Shown here piece after piece: positions 23,601-36,300 of a stretch of DNA of 64,000 nt. Position numbers and translations under genes: made by a program. Below the pieces are notes generated by a model. That model was not told the origin of the DNA and made no database searches. It was given only the letters and a program-made list of their open reading frames with translations. The stretch spans positions 10,790,001 through 10,854,000 of the forward strand of contig CM075994.1 of assembly GCA_038087875.1 (NCBI GenBank). The letters are read 5' to 3'. The stretch is from Malacoraja senta. Taxonomy: Eukaryota. Numbering within the stretch: position 1 is the first letter of the stretch; every line of letters begins with the position of its first letter.

Positions 23601-26600
23601 TCCAGCGCTAAATGCAGCTCAACTCTGTCTGTCTCGCCCACAGCCCTGTCTCAATCCAGACAGGTCTGTAGGTTAAACTGGCGGGACAGGCAGAGTTGAG
23701 CTGGGTTTAGCGCTGCTTCTCTGCGCTGGCTGTGGGCCTGGGAGCACCGCGCCCGTCTGACTCCTGACGTCTCTGGCCACCCCCGGGCGTGGGGGGGGGC
23801 TCTCGGGTGGGGACGGGGATGGTCCAGTGGCGGTTCGGCAACGATTGCAGCGCCGGAGACACGGGATCGATCCTGGCTGCGGTGCAGGTCTACCGAGAGT
23901 GTTTTGGCACGTCTCCCTCCTCAGTCCCCCCACCCCCCCCAACTACTTCCGCCGTTGACCGACACCTCCCTCCTCCAAGGGTTTGTTTTGAAAGCATCGT
24001 TGGCGGAGTGGCAGCAGCGGCCGTTATCAGGCAGGTCGGGGTGCGGGAGGAGGAGATGGAGCCGCCGCCGCCGCTGCTGCTGTGCGGGGCCCGACATTCG
24101 CTCCGACCCTCCGTCATGCCACACTTAGCATCTTTCCCACAACCGTCGCCGACACAAAACGTCACGTTCCTTTTCTCCAGAGATGCTGCCGGACCCGCGG
24201 AGTTACTCCATTTTTTTGTGTCTATCTTCGGTATAAACCAAGTTGCTAAGCCGGGCAAAATGACTCGCCGTTTAGGTTGCCCGGCGGCACTTTAGGTGGT
24301 CAGTGGCACCCGGGCAACTGCTAATTTCGAGCCCTGGAGAACTAGATATGGCTCTTAAAAATTGTGGAGTCAAGGGATATGGGGAGAAGGCAGGAACGGG
24401 ATACTGATTGGGGATGATCGGCCATGATCACATTGAATGGCGGTGCCAGCTCAAAGGGCCAAATGGCCTGCTCCTGCACCTATTGTCTATTGTCCTTTAA
24501 TGCACCTGAACTCTCGAGTACACAGGCCTAGTCTACGCAATTTCACCCAGCACAGTAAACCCATTCTCTCAGGAGCAAGGATTTGTTTAGGTGTAAACAA
24601 ACTTCGCTCTCTGTCTCTGTGATGCTTCCTCCAGAGTCCATTAATACTATTAAACTTCACATATAAATGTTGCATAAAGATGACTTAAAAAAAGAACAAT
24701 ATGAAAGGTATTAGTTTTACCTCGGTTGATGATATCAGATGTTTCTCTCAATGCCATGTTCTGGAAAAAGGTGCGATCATACTTTCCATTGGGCATCGCA
24801 CCATCTACAACCAATATTGGTTTGGTTTCACCACCAACCCTGCAAAAATTTAACAGCTGGTTGGAAACTGAGCATTAGCTGTTATTTTGAGCTGTACTAT
24901 AAAAACATACATTGTTTCAGTCAAAAGCAGGTCCTACCTCCTCTTGCGACCAGCTTCCTCCTGAAATAAATGAAACACAAATTTCAATAGACTGAGATGA
25001 ATCGTCATGATCCCGACGGTGGGCATTTCACCAAATAGCTACAAAAAAGCCCTCTGATACTTCCCACTTCCAAACTCTTTGCCGCTGTCACACAGACAGA
25101 AAGTGGATATTGTCGTAGAGACATCGAACACGGGGGAAAGCATTAGGAATGTCGATGAAAATAACTGCGAGTATGCAACTTGCGAGTAAGACCGGGCAGG
25201 TCGTGGGATTTTATCTGCAGCAGGGAGGAGACAAAATGGAGATTTAAGGGAAAGAGAGTATAAGAAAAGTTAAGACACCAGAATTAACGGGGCAGAACGC
25301 ACAGGCCAAGTGAAATGGGTATCAATGTGAAAGGTGAGGTGAGTAATGGATTAAAAGTAATATATATGAATGCACAAAGTATAAGAAGTAAAGTGGATGA
25401 GCGTGAGGCTCAGTTAGAAATTGGCAAGTATGATGTTGTGGGAATTACATAGACATGGCTGCAAGAGGGCCACGGCTAGGAACTGAATATTCAAGGGTAT
25501 ACGTCCTATCGAAAAGACAGACAGACAGGTGGGCAAAGGGGGTGGGGTAGCTCTGTTGGTGAGGAATGAAATTTTGTCCCTGGTGAGAAGTGATATAGAA
25601 CCAGGAGAAGTATAGTCAGTGTGGATAGAACTAAGGAACTGTAAAGGTAAAAAGACCCTAATGGGAGTTATCTGCAGGCCCCCAAACAGTAGCCTGGATA
25701 TAGGGTGCACGATGAATCAAGAGTTAGAATTGGCACGTCGCAAAGGTAATGCTACGTTTGTTATGGGAGATTTCAACATGCAGGTAGACTGGGAAAATCA
25801 GGTTGGTGCTGGACCCCAAAAAAGGGAGTTTGTGGAGTGCCTTCGTAATGAATTCTTAGAGCATCATGTACTGGAGCCTACCTGGGAGAAGGCAATTCTG
25901 GATTTAATGTTGTGTAATGAACCAGACTTGATAAGGGAACTTGAGGTAAAGGAGCCATTGGGAGATAGTGACCATAATATGATAAGTTTTAATCTACAAT
26001 TTGAGAGTGAGAAGGGAAAATTCGAAGTGTCAGTATTAAAGTTGAACAAAGGGGACTATGGAGCCATGAGGGAGGAGCTGGCCAAAGTTGACTGGAAAGA
26101 TACCCTAGCAGGGATGACAGTGGAACAACAATGGCAGCTATTTCTGGGAATAATACAGAAGGTGCAGGATCAGTTCATTCCAAGGAGGAAGAAATATTCC
26201 AAGGGGAGTAAGGGCGACCGTGGCTGACAAGGGAAGTCAAGGACAGTATAAAAATAAAAGAGAAGTACAATATAGCAAAGATCAGCAGGAAGCCTGAGGA
26301 TTTGCAAACTTTAAAGGGCAACAGAAGATAACTAGAAAGGTAATACAGGGGGGGGGGGGGAGGGGGAAAGATGAGATCCAAAAGTAAGGTAGCCAAGAAT
26401 GCAGACTGAAACAACTGAATTTATTATGGGGAACAAGGAATTGGCAGACAAGTTGAAATGGTACTTTGGATCCGTCTTCTCTAAGGAAGACACAAACAAT
26501 TTCCCTGATGTACTAGTGGCCAGAAGACCTAGGGTGATGGAGGAACTGAAGGAAATTCACATTAAGCACGAAATGGTGTTGGGTAGACTGATGGGACTGA

Positions 26601-27298
26601 AGGCTGATAAATCCCCAGGACCGGATGGTCTGCATCCCAGGGTACTTAAGGAAGTGGCTCTAGAAATAGTGGACGCATTGGTGATAATTTTCCAATGTTC
26701 TATAGATTCAGAATGTTCCTGTGGATTGGAGGGTAGCTAATGTTATCCCGCTTTTTAAGAAAGGCGGGAGAGAGAAAACGGAATTATAGGCCAGTTAGCC
26801 TGACATCGGTATTGGGGAAGATGCTGGAGTTAATTATAAAAGATGAAATAGCGGCACATTTGGAAAGCAGTAACAGGATCGGTCTGAGTCAGCATGGACT
26901 TACGATGGGGAAATCATGCTTGACTAATCCTCTGGATTTTTTGAGGATGTAACTAGGAAAATGGTCAAGGGAGAGCCAGTAGATGTAGTCTGCAGTACAT
27001 CTTTCAGAAAGCATTTGATAAGGTCCCACATAGGAGATTAGTGGGCAAAATTAGAGCACATGGTATTGGAGGTAGGGTACTGACATGGATTGAAAATTGG
27101 TTGGCAGACAGGAAACAAAGAGTAGGGATTAACGGGTCCCTTTCAGAATGGCAGACAGTGACTAGTGTGGTACCGCAAGGCTCGGTGCTGGGTGTAGCGG
27201 CCATTTGGCCTGTTTTGCATGTCATTGATGATTTGATTTGAAATCTTATATTTCGAACGATTAAAAAAAGAAAAGATGAAAATGAATAATAAATAAAG

Positions 27299-27330
<32 letters not shown>

Positions 27331-30300
27331 CATAAATACATACACACATACATACATATACATGTACATATATACATACATACATATACACATATAGATA
27401 ACATATATGTACATACATAAATTAAAAAATCAAAAGCCAATTTCAACATAATACACATTAGACTCGTTGGAAAAGGGATAGGAAGAAGCCTATGCTTGTC
27501 AAGTCCTACCCCCATTCTTCACCATTAACAAATGCAAAATTCAATAAAATAAACTAAACAGACAATTCAATTAAAACTACTCCAATCAAGCTATTAAGAA
27601 AAAAGAACAAAAAAAGAAAAGAACAAAAAGAACAAGCACCATTAACATCTGTGAGATTTACATTCTCCTTCCTCATTACTGTACTTTTCAAAGATATATC
27701 TTTTGTACATTTTTTTAAATTGCATTATATTCATACTTTGTTTAATTGTTTCATCAAGACCATTTCACAAAACCACCCCACAAATGGAAATACACATACT
27801 TTTTAAATTGGTCTGAGCATAATGCTGTTTCAAGTTTAGTTTCCCTCTAAAGTTATAACCCCCCTCTCTGTCTCTGAACAGTTTTTGTATGTTTACAGGT
27901 AGCAGTTTATTTTTTGCTTTATAAATTATTTGTGCAGTCTTAAATTCTACCAGATCCTTAATCTTTAAGGTGTGTAATTTTAAATACAGTATATTGGTGT
28001 GTTCATGATATCCTACATTGTTTACTATACGAATAGCTCTTTTTTGTAGTGTGCTTAGTGATTGTAAGGTGGTTTTGTAGGTGGTGCCCCATACTTCCAC
28101 ACAGTAATTTAAATACGGTAACACAAGTGAGCTGTACAGAATATACAGTGCTCTCTCATTCAAAACATGCCTTGCTTTCCCCATCACTCCAATACTCCGT
28201 GCTACTTTTGCTCTCACATGTTTTATATGGGGTTTCCAGCAGATTTTGTGATCAAGAATCACACCCAGAAATTTATTTTCATACACTCTTTCTATTTCAA
28301 CATTATTTATCATTAATTTTACTTGTGGATTTATTTTGCGTTTTCCAAACAGCATAAGTTTGGTTTTGTTTAAATTTAATGATAATTTATTCAAATCAAA
28401 CCATGTTTTCAGTTTACTCATTTCTGCTGTGACCACCTCCAAATTGTCCCCATCACAGAAAATATTAGTGTCATCTGCAAATAACACAAATTTCAAGAGG
28501 TTTGACACCCTACATATATCATTAATATACAAAATAAATAATTTGGGGCCCAAAACCGACCCCTGTGGGACTCCACAAGTTATTTCTAAGCATGTTGATT
28601 TGCAGTCCCCTATTTGCACAAACTGATGTCTTTTACTTATGTAGCTTCTCATCCACTCTAGTACAACCCCTCTGATTCCATACTTTTCCAATTTTTTGAT
28701 TAGCAAATGATGATCAATTGTATCGAATGCTTTTTTCAAATCTATAAATACACGCACTGCATATTTCTTGTTATCTATTGAACTGGTAATGTCTTCAATT
28801 AACTCCATTAATGCCATGGATGTCGATCTGTTTGACCTGAATCCATATTGACTATCAACTAGCAATTCGTGCTTCTCGATAAAGTTATCTAATCTACTTA
28901 CATACAGTTTTTCTAATATTTTTGAGAACTGAGAGAGTAACGACACCGGCCTGTAATTTGTAAATTGATTTCTGTCTCCAGCTTTGTATAGTGGGATGAC
29001 TTTGGCAGTTTTCATTTTACATGAAAATACACCAGTTTTGAAAGATAAATTGCAAATATAAGTTAAGGGTTTTACAATTACACCAATAACTACCTTGATT
29101 AAAGCCATATCAATGTCATTCCAGTCTGTAGACCTTTTATTCTTACAATTACTAACAATGTCAATAATCTCCTTTTCATCAGCTGCTTTCAAAAACATTG
29201 AGTTTGGGTTGCTGTCTAACAAATCCACAATCTTCCCCTCTCCTTCTTCTGACTGTGGATTATCGATTTCTTCTGCCAGTTTTGGTCCCACACTTACAAA
29301 AAATTTGTTAAACCCATTAACCACATCATTCATATCGCTTACAGTTGTATCATTGTCTTTAAAATACTGAGGGTAGTTTATATTCATTGATCCATTCCTG
29401 ATAATATTACAACACATTCCATATGCCCTTGATATTATTTTTATTATCGTTTAATATTTTATTATAATAATCTTTCTTACATATCCTCATAATACTAGTC
29501 AATTTATTTTTATATCTTTTGTATTTACTTTCTGCTTCAATAGTTCTAAATTTTATGAATTCTTTATACAAGATATTCTTTTTCTTGCATGCATTTTGTA
29601 GTCCTTTTGTCATCCATGGCCTATCTATATACTTTTGCTTCTTGTTGTGTTGTTTCAAAGGACAGTGTTCATCATATAATGATTTAAATATTATCAGGAA
29701 TGTTTCATACGCTTTGTTGGTATCAGTCTCTTTAAATACCTGTTTCCAATTTTGGGTCAGTAATACATTTCTAAATTTATTTATAGATTCTTCTGTTCTT
29801 ACTCTCCTGTATCTAATCTTATTAACATCCTTACACTTAACATAATCACAAACAAACATTACAAAAACCGGCAGATGGTCACTGATGTCATTTAGTAGTA
29901 ACCCACTCTTTATGATGGCATGTGCCTTTAAATTTTAGACTGCCCGTTATATTGTGGGTGGGATTTATGATGTGTTTTGGGGCGTGTTTGGAGCTTAGAT
30001 GCTTGCGCAGGTTTAGTTTTTAGATTAGTTTGGAGAGACGATGGGGAAGGTTAACCCTTCCATCATGCGGGATCATGCGGGGTCCATGCGAGATCTAAAG
30101 GAGATCATTCCAGTGTTACGGAGACACGAGGAGTTTTCTAATGTCTAAAGTAATAAGCTGGAGTTCGCTGAAGATTGTAGTAACGACTCGTAAGAAATTT
30201 GGATGTATGGATCGAACTAAGGAATTGTAAGGGTAAACAGACCCTAATGGGACTAATCTACAGGCCCCCAAACAGTAGCCTGGACATAGGGCGCAAGTTG

Positions 30301-33300
30301 AATCAGGAGTTAAAATTGGCATGTAGGTAAAAGTAATGCTGTGGTTGTTATGGGAGATTTCAACATGCAGGTAGACTGGGAAAATCAGTTGGTACTGGAC
30401 CCCAAGAAAGGGACTTTGTAGAGTGCCTTGGTGGTGGATTCTTTGAACAGCTTGTATTGGAGCCTACCAGGGAGAAGGCAATTCTGGATTTAGTGTTATG
30501 TAATGAACCAGATTTGATGAAGGACCTCGAGGTTAATGAGCCATTAGGAGGCAGTGACCATAACATGGTCAGGTTTAATCTACAATTGGAGAGGGAGAAG
30601 AGTAGATTGGAGGTGTCAGTGTTGCAGTTGAATAAAGGGGACTATCTGTGAAGAAGTTCTGAAGGTCTCTGTGAGTGAGTTCCCAAACATTTCGAAGACA
30701 CCCCCTTCAACCATGCTCATCCATTTAGCGGCTAGGGTGCTAATTACCTGAAAGATATGAAAATCTGCCGCTTCATTAAGTCGAAGGGAACCTCCGGCAG
30801 GGGGGTTAAATACCAGTCCCAGAGAGTGGGACAGAAGATTAAATCGAAGAAGACCTCCGTCACAGGAGCGAAACAAGTCCCAGAGATGAAGACAAAAGAT
30901 TGGCTAAGATTCTCGGAGAGGTTTTAGCCAGAAGAAAGTGGTTCCAGGAGGAACTGTAGCCGATAGATCTCGGCCGCAGAAGGGCCTTGAGGTCTATCGA
31001 CAGCATCGAGACTTATCTGAAGACGTATCACGGGATTTGTGTACAAATCGATTGTTACTCTTTGAATTTGAAATCACAGCTTTATTTTTAAACTGCAAAT
31101 GTATCAGAGAACTCAGAAGTGTTTTTCTAGTCTGCATGGAGATTCTAGCCAGACCGACCTTGGATTGTTTTGAGTCTCTTGATAAATGCATTCCATTTGA
31201 ATTAGCATCATCTCTTAGCACCTGGGGTTAGAGAGAAGTTCTCTACATTATTAGTATGTTATGGTTTTGAAAGAAACAAAACAAAGCCAGAGCTACTTGC
31301 AGAGACCTTTGTTCGATTAATTTAAAGACTTGGCAATCTGCCAAGACCTCTTTAAAATCATGGAATTAGAAGAAGAAGAAAGAGCTACGCCAGATGAACC
31401 ACGTGGTGGTAAAGAAAGACCCAGACAACTTAAAGAAACAGATAATACACTAACTGCCTGCTTGAGAGAAACCGAGAGAGAGAGAGAGAAACAAATTATG
31501 GTTACAGCTTACCAGAATAATTGATACACAGAAGAAACTAATGGACCAACAGAACGTGATCAAGGTGAAATCTAATATGAGCCAACTATTGAACCTCTGC
31601 TAGGAGGTTGGCAAGAAACAGAATGTCTGAAGAAGGGTTTCGCCCCGAAACGTTGCCTATCTCCTTCGCTCCATAGATGCTGCTGCACCCGCTGAGTTTC
31701 TCCAGCATTTTTGTGTACCAACAGAATGTACTGCTGTGTTCAGTGCTGTCTTGGGAAGAACGCAGAAGACACACCCAGTGGGATGAAGACAAGAAGAAGA
31801 TATTCAATGGTTTCATGAAAGTGGTTATCTGAAATTATGTCACAAGTTACGAGCTTAGTAGCTGGAAGTGCGAAGCAACAAGGTGCCAGAATGGAAGATG
31901 ACGCGACAGCAAGAAGAGATGGCGCGACAGATGACGCTACAGATTGAGAAGGTGAGAAGATGTAAGGAACAACTGGAAATAGACACAAAGATGGCGGTGG
32001 CCAAAGCAAAGGAGGAGCTACTGAAAAATGAAGGGTCAAGATGCAGCTCTAGATCGTCAAGGACGATGAGCTTTGGACCAAGAAGAAAAACTGCTCGAAG
32101 TGAATCAGCAGTTGGATCAATTCCACAATCGAGGTCCACCGGATTTCTAGGCTTTGATAACCTATTGGAACAGAATAAGATGGGTAACACTTCATCTCAG
32201 CAAATGGGTGCTAGATTGAAACAAATTACTTTTGGAGCGTCTGTGGATGCTCGAGACAAACCAATAGAGGACCACGCTTTTTCGAGGCCTGGTGCACAGG
32301 CTCGAGCAAGCCAGTTTGAATCACAAAGGCCTGTTTATCAACAGGTGGAGCCAAGACAGTTATCAAGATGGATTATTAGCACTGTTGAATAGGCAATCTG
32401 AATTCAACGAGATCATAGCCCGACAAAATACTTCTCTCATTTTACCACCAGTACAAATTCCTACGTATGGTGGAGATCCTTTGCAGTATGAAGCCTTCGT
32501 AAATGCATTAAAACAAATATTAGAAACAAAAGTTATGGATGAAAAAGAGCGCTTACGATTTCTGGTGAAGTACACAAGTGGAAGTGTGAAAGAGCTTGTG
32601 GAAAGTCGTCAGAAAGAGCAAGGTAACCATGGCTATAAAAAGGCCAGAAGATTACTTAAAGAAAGTTTTGGTGATGAACAGAGAATTGCTAACGCATACA
32701 TGGAGAAGGCCCATGCTTGGAAAGAAATCAAACTGGAAGATGGGGATGCATTGAGTGACTAGGCAATATTTCTGAGAAATTGTTGTAGCTCGATGAGAAA
32801 TCTCGGCCACATGAAAGAAATGTATTGAGGTTTAGTAATTGGCTGCTAAGACGTTTATTGAGGATAGTATTATATTCATATTTTAGTTTTAAGATCTTAT
32901 TGTAGTCAGACTGTAAGAGAGAGGATCTATACGTCTCTTCAAGCACTGGAAGCATCTTATCAATATCCCTAAGGCGACGATTAAGTTCTCTTTTTGTATA
33001 TGATTCAAATGAAATAATAACACAACCTCTCATCACAACCTTAAAAGCCTCCCATAAAGTGGAATCAGAGACTTCCCCATTATCATTTATGGTAAGAAAC
33101 TCATCTATACATGCAGTCATTTGGTCAATAAAAGAGTGATCATTAAGAAGAAGAGGGTTGAAGCGCCAGCTGTACTTTTGTTTGGACAGAATATCTTTAA
33201 ATTGAAGTGACACCGGACTATGGTCAGAAATCAAAATATTATGATAGGTGGAATTTGTTATACTGGACAGTAATTCAGACAAAATCAAAAAATAGTCAAT

Positions 33301-36300
33301 CCTAGTGTAAGATTTGTGGACATGAGAATAGAAAGAGAAATCTCTGTTAGTAGGATGCTGCAGTCGCCAAATGTCAACCATGTTCCTAGTCTTAGTTAAA
33401 TCATTTAAAGTTTGCACTGAGGCTATGGTAGGAGCCGGTTTTGTTGAGAGTCTGTCCAGGATTGGGTCTAAATAACAATTGAAGTCACCTCCAATAATGA
33501 CATTAGGGCTAGAGGCTGGTATCATATCAAAAATGTTACGAGACAAAGACGATCTGGCATTCCTCCAAAAAAACACAAAAGACAATAAAAAACACATAAA
33601 CACCACACATTGCGGTGCAAAACACCACACTCACACAACCCCCTAAACATATTCCCTACCCACCCACAGAGTGCCTCCCCAAATGAAGCACGGGTGTCCC
33701 TCTAAGCCTGGGACCGCTAAACGCACGCGAGGTGAGTACCTCCAAAAACAAAAACAAAAAAGTAGCTAGCTGAATAAAGCTACAGGAAGCTCCGCCGCCA
33801 GCCACGACTGAATAAAATAAAATAACATAAATTGACAGTCTCATACAAACTAATTGAATTTTCTGAACTGCAAAGTCACGTTGAAACATAATCAACCCTC
33901 TGAACACTCAGAGTGACGTCAAAGTTTTTAAGATATGTCTTTTAACTCAGTGTTCAGAAATGACGTTGCCTCACCTGGTGTAGTGAAAACCTTGACGCGG
34001 CCCTTGTGTTTGATGCGGAGCTTTGCTGGAAAGAGGAGACTATGCTCCACCTTGAGCTCCCGCAGCTCGCCCAACACATCGCTGAATTCCCGTCGTTGCC
34101 GCATCACATCTGGTGTGTAGTCCGGGAAGATAAGCACCTTATTGCCTTTATACACCAGCTCTCGCGCCCTCCGGAGTCGCAGTATAAGCTCCTTCTCCCG
34201 ATAAAAATGGACCCGTGCGATAATGGCGCGGGGCCTGGCTCCCTCCGGGGGTGGCGGTCGCAGGATCCGGTGTCCCGGTCGATAATCACCTTGGACTGGA
34301 AGTTGTCGTCTCCAAGAAGTTTCGGTATCAGAGCCTCGATGAATTCCGTCGGTTTACCCCCTTCCTCTAGCTCAGGTATGCCGATAATTTTAATATTATT
34401 GCGGCGTGACCGACCCTCGAGGTCCTCCACCTTGAGTTTGAGTGCGCTGTTCTCATCCTTCAGGCTGGAGAATGACTTTTCCAGGAAGCTAATACGGCTT
34501 TCTTGCTCCTGCACCTGCTCCTCGATAAACTCTACCTTCTCCAACAGTTCCTTTTGGGAGCTTTGTACTGCCTGAAGAGTCTGCTCCAACATCAAACCTG
34601 ACATTAATGTGTTTGAGTATCTTATCGGAGACCTTCTCCCAGGTCAGCAGCAAGTCATCGACGTCGTCACCACCTGTAACTTGACCCGGAGCTCGACTGG
34701 GGGAGCTGCCGCTAGCATTGCTAGCATTAACATTAGCTGAAGCTAGTCGGAGCGACTCAGTGTCTTTAGACTTCTTTTGAGGCATGACGTCCCGAAAAAT
34801 CAGTTAGCCGGACCTCTACTGTGCCAGGAAAGTTCCCGAGGCAGGTGAAAAAAAAATGTGAGACTATAAAAATACCAAATATAAAGACTGGCACGGAGGA
34901 GCCTCTGGAAGCACGTGTACTCCATACGCTGCTCACTAGCGCCCCCCCCCCATACTATGGCTATAAAAAGGCCAGAAGATTACTTAAAGAAAGTTTTGGT
35001 GATGAACAGAGAATTGCTAACGCACACATGGAGAAGGCCCATGCTTGGAAAGAAATCAAACCGGAAGATGGGGATGCATTGAGTGACTAGGCAATATTTC
35101 TGAGAAATTGTTGTAGCTCGATGAGAAATCTCGGCCACATGAAAGAAATGTATCATCTGAGTAATGCTAGAATCAGCTTTAACAAATTGCCCAGAAGACT
35201 GAGAGAAAAGTGGAGAGACGAAGCAGGCAAAATTAGAGATGAAAGGAATCAAGTAGCCAGGTTACCAGACATGGTGGACAGGGAAGAACGGAACATGTTA
35301 GAACCACACTGGACTATTGAAGATTACAAACCGATTGCAACTAACAAAGGTTCTACCTTCACCAAAATTGAAGAAATATCTGAACCTACGAGAAGTAGTT
35401 TTGCTATCACAACCAGACCTGTGGAAACGTCAGGTACACAAAAATGCTGGAAATGCTGTGGAAACGACAGATGGAATAAAAAGAAATGTGTCTACTAGCA
35501 AGCAAATAGTATTTTGTTTGTTATGTGATTAAGTTGGTCACACCATAATATGTAGCAATGTTACAATATTTTGAGATTTTAAAAATAAAGTCTGCAATTT
35601 ATCCCATCAGATAAAGCATAAAAAGAAGTTTAATTTGACACCTAATTCACTTTCATATCTTCAGTATTAAAGAAGTTATGGCCATTTTCATACTCGGAAA
35701 TTAGCATCTTGTTCCCTATTGCTTTTCCATTGACTTAACACAAAAGCTGTGATCGAGGACAGTTAAAAGCCCATAACTTTCGTAAAAATTAAGATAACTG
35801 AAAGAAATTTTCAGTTATTATAGATTGAAGCATTCTGAAACAAATATGAAACAATCTTACTTAGAAGACATGAAAGTAAAGCATATAATTAGTTAGTTAC
35901 CTAATTGTAGCTAATTACAAAATTCAATTACTAGATCTAAACATCTATCAATTTCTTAAGAATAGATTAACATTTTTAAATAGCCTAAGTGTCCAAATAA
36001 CATTCACACAATAATTCACAATATAACATAATTTTTAAATCTCATTTTCATGAATTTACAGGCCAAATGGAAGGAATTGAATGTTTAATACCTGTAAATT
36101 AATGGGCATTTAAATCATCTTGTGAGTGAGGATTTCTGGAACGCGATCTTTTGGAACGTTCATTTGCGGTGAATTTAACCCCGTATTGGCATGAAAAATA
36201 CTGCCGTTAGTTCGGGGAATAAAATTACCGTGTCGCATGAAAAAATGTGAATTAAAGGCTTCTTAAGAAGCACTTTTATACATTTAAAGAAACCACTTTC

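Larger units (their letters stand above)
27193..30775 (+). repeat. BEL 5' LTR (own sequence 27193-27232, 29917-30208, about 30645-30775)
   Basis: Homologous to the 3' LTR pieces 39150-39397, 47118-47238 and about 48090-48286; ends GCCGCTTCA. Confidence 0.85.

Noticed and set aside
23673..24295. Overlapping ORFs with scattered Cys, possible zinc finger
   Set aside because: Inside a non-autonomous transposon built from SINE and Penelope fragments; no valid Cys/His spacing.
27143..27515. ORFs rich in Y/I/V/C/M
   Set aside because: Translation of a (TA)n/(TACA)n microsatellite.
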